Virus record (IMG/VR): IMGVR_UViG_2563366947_000002
Strand: one strand, 5' to 3'
Source: a virus
Lineage: Duplodnaviria; Heunggongvirae; Uroviricota; Caudoviricetes
DNA length: 64,000 nt
The position numbers and the translations under genes were made by a program. Of this stretch, positions 1 through 10,459 are shown piece by piece; within the stretch, counting starts at the first letter, position 1, and each line of letters begins with the position of its first letter. The notes below the pieces were generated by a model. That model had not been told where the DNA came from. It did no database searches and saw only the letters and a list, made by a program, of their open reading frames with translations.

Positions 1-1454
1 CCGAGTTCTCTTAAACCAAGGTATTGGATAACAGCAAGGACGCTTGTTTTGGCCAGAATATCGCGACCGACTGACGTTAAGTCAGTCTGAGAAACAGTGT
101 CTGTACCGGTAAAGTACGGCAATTTATTTGCGCCTGTAGCAAGACCAGCAAGCGCGGTTAAAGTTGCATCCAGAGGCTGTTTGCCTGCCAGCGCATTTGT
201 CATTGTTGTCGCAAAGTTCGGGTCATTACCAAGTGCTGCGGCAAGCTCATTCAGGGTATCAAGAGCTTCTGGTGATGAACCAACCAATGCGGATATGGCA
301 GCTCTTACATAAGCGGTCGTAGCAATCTGCGTATTATTTGTGCCCTGTGCTGCGGTCGGCGCAGTAGGGACACCCGTTAATGCAGGGCTTGCCAAAGGCG
401 CTTTGAGAGCCAGGGCATTGTTGATAGTTGTGCTGAAATTCGGATCGTTATTGATCGCAGCCGCTATTTCTTTCAGCGTATCCAATGTGCCAGGCGCACC
501 GTTGATAAGTGCCGTTATAGCTGCCTTAACAAAGGCTGTATTTGCAATCTGCGTGCTACTTGTGCCTTGTGAGGCCGTAGGCGCTGTCGGCGTACCTGTA
601 AACGCCGGGCTTGCCAAAGGAGCTTTAAGAGCCAGTGCGTTATTGATAGTTTCGCTGAACTTTGGGTCGTTATTGATGGCTGCTGCAATTTCTTTCAGCG
701 TGTCCATCGTTCCCGGAGCACCATTGATAAGCGCATTTATAGCAGCATAGACAAAGGCCGCATTTGCGATCTGTGTGTTGTTTGTACCGGGTTCAGGTGT
801 TGGCGAAGTCGGCGTACCTGACAGATGCGGACTATCGAGCGGTGCTTTTGTATCAACCAAATCATGGAGAGTTTTGACAGCCAGAGGTGTAGCCGCTTTT
901 CTTTCTTCTGTACTGCTTATTTCATTAGAGAATTCGACACCAACAGCACGGTTAACCCGGTATTTAAGCACAATCATTTCTTTAGTCACAGCCGTTGCGC
1001 CGCTAGGCACGATAACTCGACATAATTCAATTTGATTCTGCCCAATAGTATTGTCCGTACGCGCGTAAATTCTTGCAGCGCTGACAGAAGATGCGCTATC
1101 TACCTGTGTCGTTTTTACACCATGTTCAAAATTGGCTTCCAGCACAATAATGTTGGTAGCCCCAGCCTTTACCAAGACAGTCACATCTTCTATTTGCTGA
1201 ACGGATATCTGAACATTATTTACATCTACTGAAGCAGCCCCTTTACCTTCTGAGTTTTCAGAAGTTATACGGACGCTCAACCCTGTGCCGGGAACTGGTT
1301 CAAATCCACAGTAAAAGCCAGGCAAAACAATATTTTTAAGTTTTCTGTTAAGAGCCGAACTACTATAGAGTTCGAAATATTGAACATCAGCAAGCAACGG
1401 CTGTGAGACACCAGAGGATAGTGTCATTATGTTGTTCGTTTTATCAGCCCCCAT
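1..1454 (-). CDS. tail fiber protein (P1 S-like); C-terminal part runs off the window start
   Basis: Minus-strand ORF from ATG at 1452-1454 (GAGGG 7 nt upstream), open to position 1; absent from ORF track because truncated. Translation has three ~50-aa repeats (NGAPGT.DTLKEIAAAINNDP) typical of side tail fibers. Confidence 0.7.
   Translation of the reverse strand, partial: MGADKTNNIMTLSSGVSQPLLADVQYFELYSSSALNRKLKNIVLPGFYCGFEPVPGTGLSVRITSENSEGKGAASVDVNNVQISVQQIEDVTVLVKAGATNIIVLEANFEHGVKTTQVDSASSVSAARIYARTDNTIGQNQIELCRVIVPSGATAVTKEMIVLKYRVNRAVGVEFSNEISSTEERKAATPLAVKTLHDLVDTKAPLDSPHLSGTPTSPTPEPGTNNTQIANAAFVYAAINALINGAPGTMDTLKEIAAAINNDPKFSETINNALALKAPLASPAFTGTPTAPTASQGTSSTQIANTAFVKAAITALINGAPGTLDTLKEIAAAINNDPNFSTTINNALALKAPLASPALTGVPTAPTAAQGTNNTQIATTAYVRAAISALVGSSPEALDTLNELAAALGNDPNFATTMTNALAGKQPLDATLTALAGLATGANKLPYFTGTDTVSQTDLTSVGRDILAKTSVLAVIQYLGLREL
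150..800 (-). repeat. three tandem ~150-bp repeats inside the tail-fiber gene
   Basis: Repeat seen both in the minus-strand translation and as repeated Ala-rich antisense ORFs at 97-312 and 340-750; boundaries approximate. Confidence 0.5.
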
Positions 1455-1456
1455 AA

Positions 1457-1903
1457 TCAACCCTCAACTTGCTCGATTGTCATGAGAATACTGTAACGTT
1501 TACCTTTATAGAGGGTATCTTGCTGGGTGCAAAGCACACCAAAAGCCTGTTCCTCAGCATCAACAAGCACAAGCGTGTTAAAGTCGTAAGGCGTGTTATC
1601 CGGCATTCTTTCTTGAGGGAAGGCTGCATTGATAGTGATAATCCCATCCACACTGGACAATATCAGATCGGACACTGCAAACTGTTGAGCATCACTCAAT
1701 TTAAAATCGAGTGGAATGTCAGCTATATTCCAGCCTCCTGCACCATTAGCAGTTACCAGACTAGATTTGCACCAATACGCCTTAGAGATAACAAAACGCG
1801 CACCTTTGCCGATCGCCGACTCAGCGCGGCGTGAATAATAGTAGGAAAGCAATTGCGCCTTATACAGGCGGTTACCATCTCTTGCCTTTAAATTTTCAGC
1901 CAT
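1457..1903 (-). CDS. tail-fiber-associated protein (positional analog of P1 R)
   Basis: 148-aa ORF ending 3 nt before the tail-fiber start; position only. Confidence 0.4.
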   Translation of the reverse strand: MAENLKARDGNRLYKAQLLSYYYSRRAESAIGKGARFVISKAYWCKSSLVTANGAGGWNIADIPLDFKLSDAQQFAVSDLILSSVDGIITINAAFPQERMPDNTPYDFNTLVLVDAEEQAFGVLCTQQDTLYKGKRYSILMTIEQVEG

Positions 1904-1997
1904 ACGAACATAGCCCCTTCATAAGCAATGAACCAAAGGAGAGTATGCTCAGTTTGTGATTTCCGTTGTTCTTCCCCCAAATGCGGGGGAAGAATTA

Positions 1998-2843
1998 TTA
2001 AACAGGTTGAAGGTGGTAATCCAAAGGCCACGCATCGAGTGGGGTTACATCAAGATGTAATTGCTTTTCTGCCGTTCGGTTCGGTATGGCGTTAAGAGAA
2101 ATATTGTCTACCTGGCAGGAGGTATCACTACGGGATAGCATATCAGCCATACTCTCAGTAACATAAACACCTTCAATTACCGAAACATCCGTAGACAAGC
2201 AATTTAGTATTTCTGCCACTTCAGGGAATACAGCACTAAGCCGAAACGAGACGCCATCAAAAACAATATGCAATGGCAACAAAGGGGCTATTACTGTTTC
2301 GAAGTCAGATAACAATTTCTGCACAGCGGCTTCTTTATCCTGCTCTCCATATGAGCGATATAGCTTGTTCTGATCAACAACGACCAGCCCCCTTGATGTC
2401 AGGAAGAGCTCACCGAATTGAGCCTGTGCCGTAGGTATTTCTATTTCGGTCGCAAAATATGAACCATAGGGGTGTTTTTCTATATTTACAGGTGCATATA
2501 GCGGTTCCCAACTAACAGGAATACAACCGAATTCACGCCAGAATGTCTGCTCAATAGGCAAGATAGTGCCTTTAAAGTGCACTTCATCTAAACGTTGCGC
2601 CAGCAGCATTGGCCTACGGGCCTTATCTTTTTCAGTGATAACGAAAAAACGCCCGTATTCAGCAATGCGGGCATCCATATCCTCACTGTCCATAGTGAAG
2701 AAGGATTTTCTGTTACTTATTCTTGTTAATATTGGTTCTACTGCCTCATTCCAGACATCTTGCAAAGCGTCTATAAAGGCACTCCAGAGATGGGAATCCT
2801 GTTTTACTTTAGTTAATCGTTCCTTAAGCCAATTATCTTTCAT
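1998..2843 (-). CDS. baseplate-associated protein (positional analog of P1 gp16)
   Basis: 281-aa ORF inside the baseplate/tail-fiber operon; no motif recognised. Confidence 0.4.
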   Translation of the reverse strand: MKDNWLKERLTKVKQDSHLWSAFIDALQDVWNEAVEPILTRISNRKSFFTMDSEDMDARIAEYGRFFVITEKDKARRPMLLAQRLDEVHFKGTILPIEQTFWREFGCIPVSWEPLYAPVNIEKHPYGSYFATEIEIPTAQAQFGELFLTSRGLVVVDQNKLYRSYGEQDKEAAVQKLLSDFETVIAPLLPLHIVFDGVSFRLSAVFPEVAEILNCLSTDVSVIEGVYVTESMADMLSRSDTSCQVDNISLNAIPNRTAEKQLHLDVTPLDAWPLDYHLQPV

Positions 2844-2853
2844 GCTAACCTCA

Positions 2854-4284
2854 TTACGGGTAAGAAATGTTGAACGTTGAAGATTTCACGTCAAGATAAA
2901 TGAAGTCATTAAAGTAAACAGCATCTTTCATATTTTGTATTGTTATGTCGTAAGACAGAAACATATCCAGAGACTCTATTACTCGCCAAATATCTTTAAC
3001 TTTTACCTGTGCATAACATTGCTGGGAATCATCATCACTCTGTAGTAATAAACTGAATGATGACGAATCACGACCAAAATTATCTTCCAACGCTGCTTTA
3101 ATAGCATTTTGAGCATCGTCTATCAGAACATTTTTACGTGCAATACCTATAAAATTTATAGTAAATGGCTGTTCATTTGTATCTACATACTCGAACCGCT
3201 TGTTTAACTCATTTGGAACATTCTCTAGAGCTTTCAGTATTTCTGATTTTAGCTGAGCCTGGCTTACACCCGGCTTATGTCCGCAAAAGAAAATTTTGTT
3301 GATGTTTCGAACGTCAAACCCAGTTATTTTCTCTTGTAACGCTTCGCCCCAAACGTTCAACCATGAAGTTCCATGAACAACATTCTGAATGAATTGGCGA
3401 TAATCACCGCCCCATACCACTTGTTCATCGTATGCAACATAATACTGAGCACGATTTCGAGTTTCTTCTGTAGTTTCCATACCACTACCACCGGTAATGA
3501 TCGAATCAGTTTTAAACTCTAGTGACTCCACATATTGAGCGATATTTCCAGCCGGTTCTAACTTTTGTCCTTCAGCCAAAGTATAGTCGCCAAGGCTAGC
3601 CATAACATCGATTCGAACCTGACAGCCTGCTGGAGGCATCATACCCATAGAACCATCACCAAACTTGACTCCAAGTTGTTCTGTAGGTTTATATGCCAAT
3701 GAATAGTGCTTACTCTTGTCTCTGGACATTCTAAATAATGGGTTATATGTCCATTTTTCTTCTACGCCATCTGTAATAACATAAACATCCAGGCTAGAGA
3801 CTTCTTTTGTTAACTCTCTGGAAAGCAACAATGTCAGAAATAAAGTTTCCTTCTCAATATCAAATGTAACGCTAACAGCTTCATGCTGTTTAGTTTCTAC
3901 GCCAGAAACAGTTCCTCCAGCAGGAATTACAACACTGTTAATAATTGCCAAAGGTGTTTGGTCATTGGCAAGCAATTCAGCCCCGGCTGGTAACGTAATA
4001 TCCCGATCAGTTTTATTGGTTATAGACGTTGTTCCGTATGAAGCACTAACAAATCGCCCTACGTAGCTACGGTCTTCAGCAACCGCTAAAATACTTGAGC
4101 GGCGCGTAGCCGTTGAAATAAGTCCCTCAGTGAGGCCGCGGCTTGCAAATGTACGGGCAATATAAATAAGCTGTGATCCGAATATAGCGTGCATCTGCAC
4201 AAACTGACTATTTACAAATCGTGACCACCATGTGTTTTCATTTAACTTGGCATTAAATTTGTCCAGTAATTCTGTAATCGTCAC
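2854..4284 (-). CDS. baseplate protein (BplA/gpJ-like)
   Basis: 476-aa ORF overlapping the upstream gene by 4 nt; position between gp25-like and tail-fiber genes. Confidence 0.45.
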   Translation of the reverse strand: MTITELLDKFNAKLNENTWWSRFVNSQFVQMHAIFGSQLIYIARTFASRGLTEGLISTATRRSSILAVAEDRSYVGRFVSASYGTTSITNKTDRDITLPAGAELLANDQTPLAIINSVVIPAGGTVSGVETKQHEAVSVTFDIEKETLFLTLLLSRELTKEVSSLDVYVITDGVEEKWTYNPLFRMSRDKSKHYSLAYKPTEQLGVKFGDGSMGMMPPAGCQVRIDVMASLGDYTLAEGQKLEPAGNIAQYVESLEFKTDSIITGGSGMETTEETRNRAQYYVAYDEQVVWGGDYRQFIQNVVHGTSWLNVWGEALQEKITGFDVRNINKIFFCGHKPGVSQAQLKSEILKALENVPNELNKRFEYVDTNEQPFTINFIGIARKNVLIDDAQNAIKAALEDNFGRDSSSFSLLLQSDDDSQQCYAQVKVKDIWRVIESLDMFLSYDITIQNMKDAVYFNDFIYLDVKSSTFNISYP

Positions 4285-4655
4285 GCGCCCACCCCACTTG
4301 ATTTCTGCATAACAATATCCATGCTCCCACCTTTCGCATAAAAACTAATTAATAAAGAATCTTCAGAAATTGATGTGCAACGAATCCCCTGCACATCCAA
4401 ACCTGGCAAGTCTTGTCGTAGTTTTTTCATCATTCTCCCTTCAATAGCCACTTCAACTATGTGCGAAGTTTCAGAGCCGAATGGTTCATGCTTAAATTCT
4501 TCCATTGGATTCCCCCAAGAGGGTAAACCATAAACACTCCCTTCAGGGGTTCGTAGCCACTCGTCAAGTCGGGCCATCCATGCTGCGGAACTTCCTTCTG
4601 CAATAATGACACCGCTCTCATTCGTTTGAAGTCTTGCGTCTATTTCATAAAGCAT
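4281..4655 (-). CDS. baseplate wedge protein, gp25/GpW-like
   Basis: 124-aa protein of the size and context of gp25-like baseplate lysozyme-fold proteins, directly downstream of the large tail protein. Confidence 0.45.
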   Translation of the reverse strand: MLYEIDARLQTNESGVIIAEGSSAAWMARLDEWLRTPEGSVYGLPSWGNPMEEFKHEPFGSETSHIVEVAIEGRMMKKLRQDLPGLDVQGIRCTSISEDSLLISFYAKGGSMDIVMQKSSGVGA

Positions 4656-4660
4656 CTTTA

Positions 4661-7600
4661 TTAATCCTCAAGCAGAGCATCCAGCGACGGGTCATTAATA
4701 GTTGTGCTAGCACGTGGTCGCGGTTGCGGCTGCGATGTTTTGACAACCTTATCCGGATCGCCTTTTGTATTGTTCTTGTTCACATTCAGAAGATCGTTCA
4801 GGATAGAGCAGATGTTATCCAGCGCCTTCAACATAGCAGGATCGTTATTTATAGTGTCAGTAGTTAATGGTTGTCTTATTCCGCTTCGTGCGAGATCTGT
4901 TACAGTAGGAAGCTGTGGTGGCATAGCAAGAAAAGGTTCTTGCACGGCTGACGCAGAGCCAAATATGGCATTATTGGCTTCGTTTGATATACCTCTAATG
5001 CTATCTGCGGTTTGTTGAATACCATTATTCAGCCAACTACCGGCGCTCCTGGTAAGCGGGCTAATAGCCCTAGCAATTGTTGAGTTCTGCCCAGTAGCCT
5101 GATAAACCAAATCATTAACAATGCCAGTGCCATCTACCCCACCAATAAGTCGTGAAACGTTATCGCCAATTGCAGGTAACACAGCAGAGCTAATACGTTT
5201 CAGACCTGTTAATGACGAGTCAAACAAAGAGCCAAGCACCCCCTTATCTTCACCATCAATTACCTTGTATCCATTGTCATAAACTGGAATCCCCCTTGAG
5301 TTTACAGGGATTTTTTCACTCTCACTTGCCGAAGAAACACCGGAAAGAAGATCCACTGAAGGCATATCGCGTTCAGCTTTTGGTCTTTTTTGTAAAGCGT
5401 CTCTTATATCAGTTACCTGGCTTGCTTTTTGAAATCCAAAAGATTTACCGGTTAAGCTGGATATCTTTTCAGTAAGAGCCTGATCCATTCCTTTCGCTTT
5501 TTCGGAAAGCGAAGATATAGAACCAAACGAAGTCGCCGACGCAAAATCCTTAATCAGGCCAAGGCTTGTACCAGCAAGGCTGGTAGCCGCACCTCCAAAT
5601 AAATTACCTACCCCGCTGTCATTTATAGCGATTAATCTCTCAAGCAGACTTGATGGAGAGCCAGTATTAACATCAACGTTCTCTGGATTAATCGGTTGCG
5701 ATTGATTGCCTGTTTTTTGTGGCTTTTTGACTGCCTGGGCATGTTGTGCAACCTCAATTGGCTGTTGTGTTGCTGTCGGAACGGCATTCAAAACTGGTTG
5801 AGCTGGAGATTTTCCATTAACATATTTTATCTTGCGACCAACACTATATTGCGAATCGCGGGCAATTAGCTGACCACCATTTTCTTTCTGAATTTTATTA
5901 ATCCGCGCCAATGTTTCGTCAGAGAATTGTCCCTCCCATCGACCAGTATTTGTGTTAAATGCCCCAAGAGCATTCTTTATGAACTCATTGTTAACCGCCG
6001 GGTTTCCACCTTCTTTCGTCGCTATTGCACGAACTAATTGCGTCATAACCTCTGGGTTGCTGACGTCTATTTTTTCATTAGGCGAGACGCCAAGATATTT
6101 GCTGACGTTATCAATATATTGATTAGTATTATTCTCCTTTGGGGGTGCCCATTTGGAAATAATACTGGATACCGTCTGTAGCTTCTGATACCCAGCAGCG
6201 GCGCTGGTGCCGTTGTAATAGCTTGACACCTGGTTTGCCAGCGCCCTGATCCCTTCTTCAGGCGTGTTAAATCGCGCAAAACGTTGTTCACCTTTTGCAT
6301 TTGGCGCTTCCAGCGTCGCCCCTTCCTGATTAGCGAAAACAAGGTTGCCGAGATTATTATTCCGGTAATTGCGGTTTTTAGCGTTGCTGCCGCCAATATT
6401 CAGATCCGCTGCAATGGTGTTGCTGGTAGGGGCATTAAATTCAGCCGGGGAAGTATACCCGTGCTCACCAACACCATCTTCACCATCACGCCCGCCTTGT
6501 AGTTGTCGGCCCAGGTCATTAATTGCGGCTACCGTTTGCTTGGTGCCATCCTCAACGGCTTTCTTAACCTGCGCAGTGCCTTCGCTGCTTGATGAGAACG
6601 ATTCTTTTAGGCTGCTGAATACGGTTTTTGTCGTGTCTATAGAACTATTTATGTCACGAGCAATATCTCCGGTGTCAAAATTCTGAAGTTTTTCACCTGC
6701 CCTTTCGAAGCCTAACGCAGAAATCCCTTTGCCTATCAGGTTGGTTGCACCCGACACTAAGCCGCCCATATCAAGCACATTAGCTGTTGCATAAGCGGTT
6801 TTTTGCTGTGTGGATACAGCATTATCATCACTTAAGCCAAAGGCTGCCTTTTGCGCCTCTGCATCAGTGTAACCGTCTATAGCATCGTATCCTGCCATAG
6901 CGATATTTCCGATAATTGGGATTCCTCTGACGCCAGCCCTTACGGCTGCACCACCGGCAGCTTTTAATGCAATTTTACCTGCCTCTTTTTTTGCGAGGTT
7001 CTCCCCTGTTGCGATAGCTACTTTCTCAGTAGTTGCTTCAGTTGCAGCTTTGGCTATACCGGTACTGGCCGTTTTTCTGGCCCCTTTATCTGCAACTTTC
7101 TCCGTCGTTTTTGAGGCGTCACTGATAGCCTCTTTTCCGGCGTTTCGGGGTTGGCGGTTTTCATTTTTAGCGGAATCATTTTTGCTATTTTGTTGTTTTT
7201 TCTCAACTTTATCTTTTGGTATTGATGTATCGCCTTTTTCCGTTGCAGTTGTTTTAATCTTGTTCTTTTTTGCTTCAGGGCTTTTATCAACTCTTCTATC
7301 CCTTTTAGACTTGTTTTTGTTTCGATTTGTTTTATTCCGATTACGATTTGAAGTAATGCGATCTCTGTTTCGACTAAAAAGATCGCTTAACTTAATCCCA
7401 TTACCTTTTGTTTTCATGGATTTGCGGAGTTTTACTATTTCATCTGAAACATTCTCCAGCTCATCTATGATTCGAGCATCATTGGATTGAAGAACTTTGG
7501 TTTGTTCTTCAACTACTCGTACTGACTTTGCTTCAATCGCGTTGTTAAATGCTGCTGAGGAAACTGAATTTTTTTCATTTCTTGGCGCAGGGTAAGTGAT

Positions 7601-8479
7601 CGCTGGCGATTTCGCTTCGTGATCTGGTGGATTATCTACCCACTCCTTAAGAGATTTTGTTTTCCCTGTAATCTCTTTTGTTATGTCATACATGCCGCGA
7701 GCTGCCATCCATAACGGGCCACCAGCACCGACACCAGCAGCATTTGTTATGGCTTCTTCACCTGCAGACTGATGGCCATCCATCCCCATAATGGAACCTA
7801 GTTTTCGGAGGAAGCCTGCTTGTAATTCTGCGTCGGCTTTACGTGCGTTCTGCAATTCTTTTTTTCTGGCTACATCCTCATTGCTTTTTTGGGATACAAA
7901 ACGTCCATTACTATCCCGCAGCGGGCCTTTTAGACTTTGGGGGGATTGTGGTTCAAGAGGGGCTGAATTAGCCGCTACCGGTATAAAACCGTCCGATTTT
8001 CGGATGGTCTGACGTGATTGCACGGAGCGAACACTTTCTGGTGTGTTCGTTGCAACGATAGCGCGGTCCACGGTTTGGTTTATCGGTGCCCTTTCCTTTT
8101 TAGCAGGGAGACGTTTTTTATATGGGTTAGTTTGGGCATCTCTAACGCTATCAGATGTACTTTGCTCGTAGTCTTTACGCCTGCGTGATAGTCTGTTGCT
8201 AACTCTGCCTTGCCTTTCGTCCTGTTGAGTTATGGTGCTTGCCCCAGAAAGAATGGCGTCTTTTACCTCAGCAAGAGCTTTAAGTTCGTTTGTGCTCGCT
8301 TCCTGAATAGCGTCAATTATTGCGATACGGTCTTTATTCTCTTTCAAAATAACCTCTCTTTTACCAGCGCGATCAACGTTTCCCAGCTTGAGCTTTGTAT
8401 TTTTCTTCCAGGGCTTTTGACATATGGAGTGCTCGCCATTGCGGTAATTGTTCAACGTCGCTAACGGGCTGATATCCAT
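4661..8479 (-). CDS. large tail injection / tape-measure-like protein (P1 Sit-like)
   Basis: 1272-aa ORF with a Lys/Asn/Arg-rich low-complexity segment and Gly-rich stretches; position upstream of baseplate genes as in P1 sit. Confidence 0.55.
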   Translation of the reverse strand: MDISPLATLNNYRNGEHSICQKPWKKNTKLKLGNVDRAGKREVILKENKDRIAIIDAIQEASTNELKALAEVKDAILSGASTITQQDERQGRVSNRLSRRRKDYEQSTSDSVRDAQTNPYKKRLPAKKERAPINQTVDRAIVATNTPESVRSVQSRQTIRKSDGFIPVAANSAPLEPQSPQSLKGPLRDSNGRFVSQKSNEDVARKKELQNARKADAELQAGFLRKLGSIMGMDGHQSAGEEAITNAAGVGAGGPLWMAARGMYDITKEITGKTKSLKEWVDNPPDHEAKSPAITYPAPRNEKNSVSSAAFNNAIEAKSVRVVEEQTKVLQSNDARIIDELENVSDEIVKLRKSMKTKGNGIKLSDLFSRNRDRITSNRNRNKTNRNKNKSKRDRRVDKSPEAKKNKIKTTATEKGDTSIPKDKVEKKQQNSKNDSAKNENRQPRNAGKEAISDASKTTEKVADKGARKTASTGIAKAATEATTEKVAIATGENLAKKEAGKIALKAAGGAAVRAGVRGIPIIGNIAMAGYDAIDGYTDAEAQKAAFGLSDDNAVSTQQKTAYATANVLDMGGLVSGATNLIGKGISALGFERAGEKLQNFDTGDIARDINSSIDTTKTVFSSLKESFSSSSEGTAQVKKAVEDGTKQTVAAINDLGRQLQGGRDGEDGVGEHGYTSPAEFNAPTSNTIAADLNIGGSNAKNRNYRNNNLGNLVFANQEGATLEAPNAKGEQRFARFNTPEEGIRALANQVSSYYNGTSAAAGYQKLQTVSSIISKWAPPKENNTNQYIDNVSKYLGVSPNEKIDVSNPEVMTQLVRAIATKEGGNPAVNNEFIKNALGAFNTNTGRWEGQFSDETLARINKIQKENGGQLIARDSQYSVGRKIKYVNGKSPAQPVLNAVPTATQQPIEVAQHAQAVKKPQKTGNQSQPINPENVDVNTGSPSSLLERLIAINDSGVGNLFGGAATSLAGTSLGLIKDFASATSFGSISSLSEKAKGMDQALTEKISSLTGKSFGFQKASQVTDIRDALQKRPKAERDMPSVDLLSGVSSASESEKIPVNSRGIPVYDNGYKVIDGEDKGVLGSLFDSSLTGLKRISSAVLPAIGDNVSRLIGGVDGTGIVNDLVYQATGQNSTIARAISPLTRSAGSWLNNGIQQTADSIRGISNEANNAIFGSASAVQEPFLAMPPQLPTVTDLARSGIRQPLTTDTINNDPAMLKALDNICSILNDLLNVNKNNTKGDPDKVVKTSQPQPRPRASTTINDPSLDALLED

Positions 8480-8493
8480 ATAGAGTCAGGTTG

Positions 8494-9315
8494 TTAATAA
8501 TGGTTAGCCATCCATTCAGATCTAATTGATGGGATAAACTCTCTATTGAGAAAGGGGACGTACAGTGTGGTTGTCACATCTGCACCCTCCTTAGCGTTTT
8601 TGCAATGTTGCGGAGGCAGGATCAGTCGGCTTGTGCCTCTCTCAATAGACATTTTCAGGCCGTGGCGTAGGTCTTTTTGCATAAGCTGTATGCGAGCCAC
8701 AAGCGGAGTAAATTCGGTTTCAAGCGCCATGCTTTCAATGATGTCAAAGCGTCGGTTAGCGGCCTGCGTGAAGTCCTCCGGATCGTCTTCAAGCGCCGTG
8801 CATAAAGCGAGTTCAGCAATTCGCATCCGTGCCACGCCAGCACTGTATTCGGGGCTTTTCATATCAGGAAGTGACGCTCGCATTCGTTCAAGGAGTTCCG
8901 CGCCTTTCCCGGTTAATGGTTTAAGTATCCAGTCAGTTGGTACTCCATTTACTGGTACGTTGGTTTTCACGTAAGGAGGTACAGTGAGTATTTCTACTGT
9001 TTGGGCCAGGTCGCTCAGGTTAATATCTGCATGATGCGTATTACCGCAGTGACTGCACTCATAGGAGTAGGTCATTACCGCATCGGGGCGCGAATTAACA
9101 AATATCCACCAAAGAGCAGTTCTGCGATCCTGAACTGTCCAGTTAGCACTGTCGTTAATTTCACCATCCTGCATAGAGTTAAGGTACTCTGTAGTAGTTG
9201 CCTCATCTTCTGCCGGGTTCAGGTCAGAATATTTCAGCGCATCCTTCACGGTAGGGGCGTGGAACTGAATTTCTGTCTCAGGACGGGAAGGCAATGGAAA
9301 TTTTGGAATGTTCAA
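8494..9315 (-). CDS. hypothetical tail-associated protein
   Basis: 273-aa ORF, first gene of the minus-strand tail operon; contains CSHCGNTHH. Confidence 0.4.
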   Translation of the reverse strand: MNIPKFPLPSRPETEIQFHAPTVKDALKYSDLNPAEDEATTTEYLNSMQDGEINDSANWTVQDRRTALWWIFVNSRPDAVMTYSYECSHCGNTHHADINLSDLAQTVEILTVPPYVKTNVPVNGVPTDWILKPLTGKGAELLERMRASLPDMKSPEYSAGVARMRIAELALCTALEDDPEDFTQAANRRFDIIESMALETEFTPLVARIQLMQKDLRHGLKMSIERGTSRLILPPQHCKNAKEGADVTTTLYVPFLNREFIPSIRSEWMANHY

Positions 9316-9421
9316 TTATTCCTCCGAAAAGCAGGTATCTGTTCATTTTCCAGAGGATAGGGAGTGTGTGATTTGCGATGGGGACTGAATGAAGATCTTT
9401 GCCGGTCGAGAAGCGATTATT

Positions 9422-9680
9422 GAGGGTGATTTTTACACCTTAAGTGACGCTACTCACATATCCACAGAGTATTTTTATAAACCTTTTTCCATTTTTAATC
9501 CTTTTTAGATCCTTTTTAGGCGTCGCTGGAGCCAGTAGTGGCGCGGGCTGTAGAGGAGGCTGGTGTAAGATTTGCCCTCAATTAAATACGATCGGTGTAA
9601 GATTTGCCCTCAAAAGGTGTAAGATTTGCCCTCAAAAGGTGTAGTAATTGCCCTCAAAGTGATGTAAAAATTGCCCTCAC
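9422..9680. repeat. replication-origin iterons (one inverted plus five direct ~21-bp copies of GGTGTAAGATTTGCCCTCAA)
   Basis: Direct repeats at about 9561, 9594, 9616, 9638 and 9660 and an inverted copy at 9422-9439, immediately upstream of repA; AT-rich tract with GATC sites at 9470-9520. Confidence 0.75.
9458..9466 (+). promoter_or_regulatory. DnaA-box-like 9-mer (ATATCCACA)
   Basis: 8/9 match to TTATCCACA next to the iteron array. Confidence 0.35.
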
Positions 9681-9703
9681 CATTTGAAGGATCACACAGG
9701 GTT

Positions 9704-10459
9704 ATGAACAGAGCGGAATTAACAGCAAAAGCCGTCAGCCTGATTGAGTCAGCGACACCTATTAGTCGTAGTTTGGCACAAGCCAATGAGATCACGGAGG
9801 CTGCTTATCACCTGACTCGCGACCAAAAGCGACTGTTGTTTATTGTGGTGGGAAGACTTCGCTATGCTTCTAAGGATGGCGTTCTTGGTTCAGGTGCCTG
9901 TGAGTTGACGGTCAACGAATATGCAGAGATGTATAATTTGCCCTCTGCTGAAGCCAGCAAGGATATTCGTAAGGCCATTTCAGGTCTTAGCGAGAAGAAA
10001 GTTACGATATATAACCCTGATGAATCGACCGAATCAGAAGACAGTTATGAGTCTTATCCTTGGATGATTAAGGATGCCTATTCACCACGGCGCGGGACTT
10101 ACATTATTCATCTTAATCCATATCTCATGCCGTTTTTTACTCTGCTTGATAAGAGATTCACAAGGCTGAATTTTACCGAAGTATCTCGCCTTACAAATCC
10201 TTATTCTATGCGGCTTTATGAGTCCTTATGCCAGTACAGGAAGGATGATGGAAGCGGCTTTGCCATACTTGGCGTCGAATGGATGCGGGAGCGTTATGGG
10301 TTACCAAAAAGCTATCAGCGGTATGCCGAATTTAAGAGAAGTTTTTTAACGAAGGCTGTAGCAGAGATTGAAAAAAATACAAAAATGAAAATAGTCTTCT
10401 CAGAGGTGACGGAAGGCGGCAAAGTTACCAGGATAAAATTTACCTATCAGCAGTCTTAA
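9704..10459 (+). CDS. repA: iteron-binding replication initiator, RepE/RepFIB (Rep_3) type
   Basis: Translation aligns with F-plasmid RepE (EAAYHLTRDQKRLLF, NPYLMPFF, NPYSMRLYESLCQYRK). ORF track starts at TTG 9671; the ATG at 9704 is preferred but its RBS is weak. Confidence 0.85.
   Translation: MNRAELTAKAVSLIESATPISRSLAQANEITEAAYHLTRDQKRLLFIVVGRLRYASKDGVLGSGACELTVNEYAEMYNLPSAEASKDIRKAISGLSEKKVTIYNPDESTESEDSYESYPWMIKDAYSPRRGTYIIHLNPYLMPFFTLLDKRFTRLNFTEVSRLTNPYSMRLYESLCQYRKDDGSGFAILGVEWMRERYGLPKSYQRYAEFKRSFLTKAVAEIEKNTKMKIVFSEVTEGGKVTRIKFTYQQS

Noticed and set aside
97-1035. Plus-strand ORFs with repetitive Ala-rich translations (97-312, 340-750, 775-1035)
   Set aside because: They are antisense to the tail-fiber gene and merely mirror its tandem repeats; the minus-strand reading gives a coherent tail-fiber protein with an RBS.
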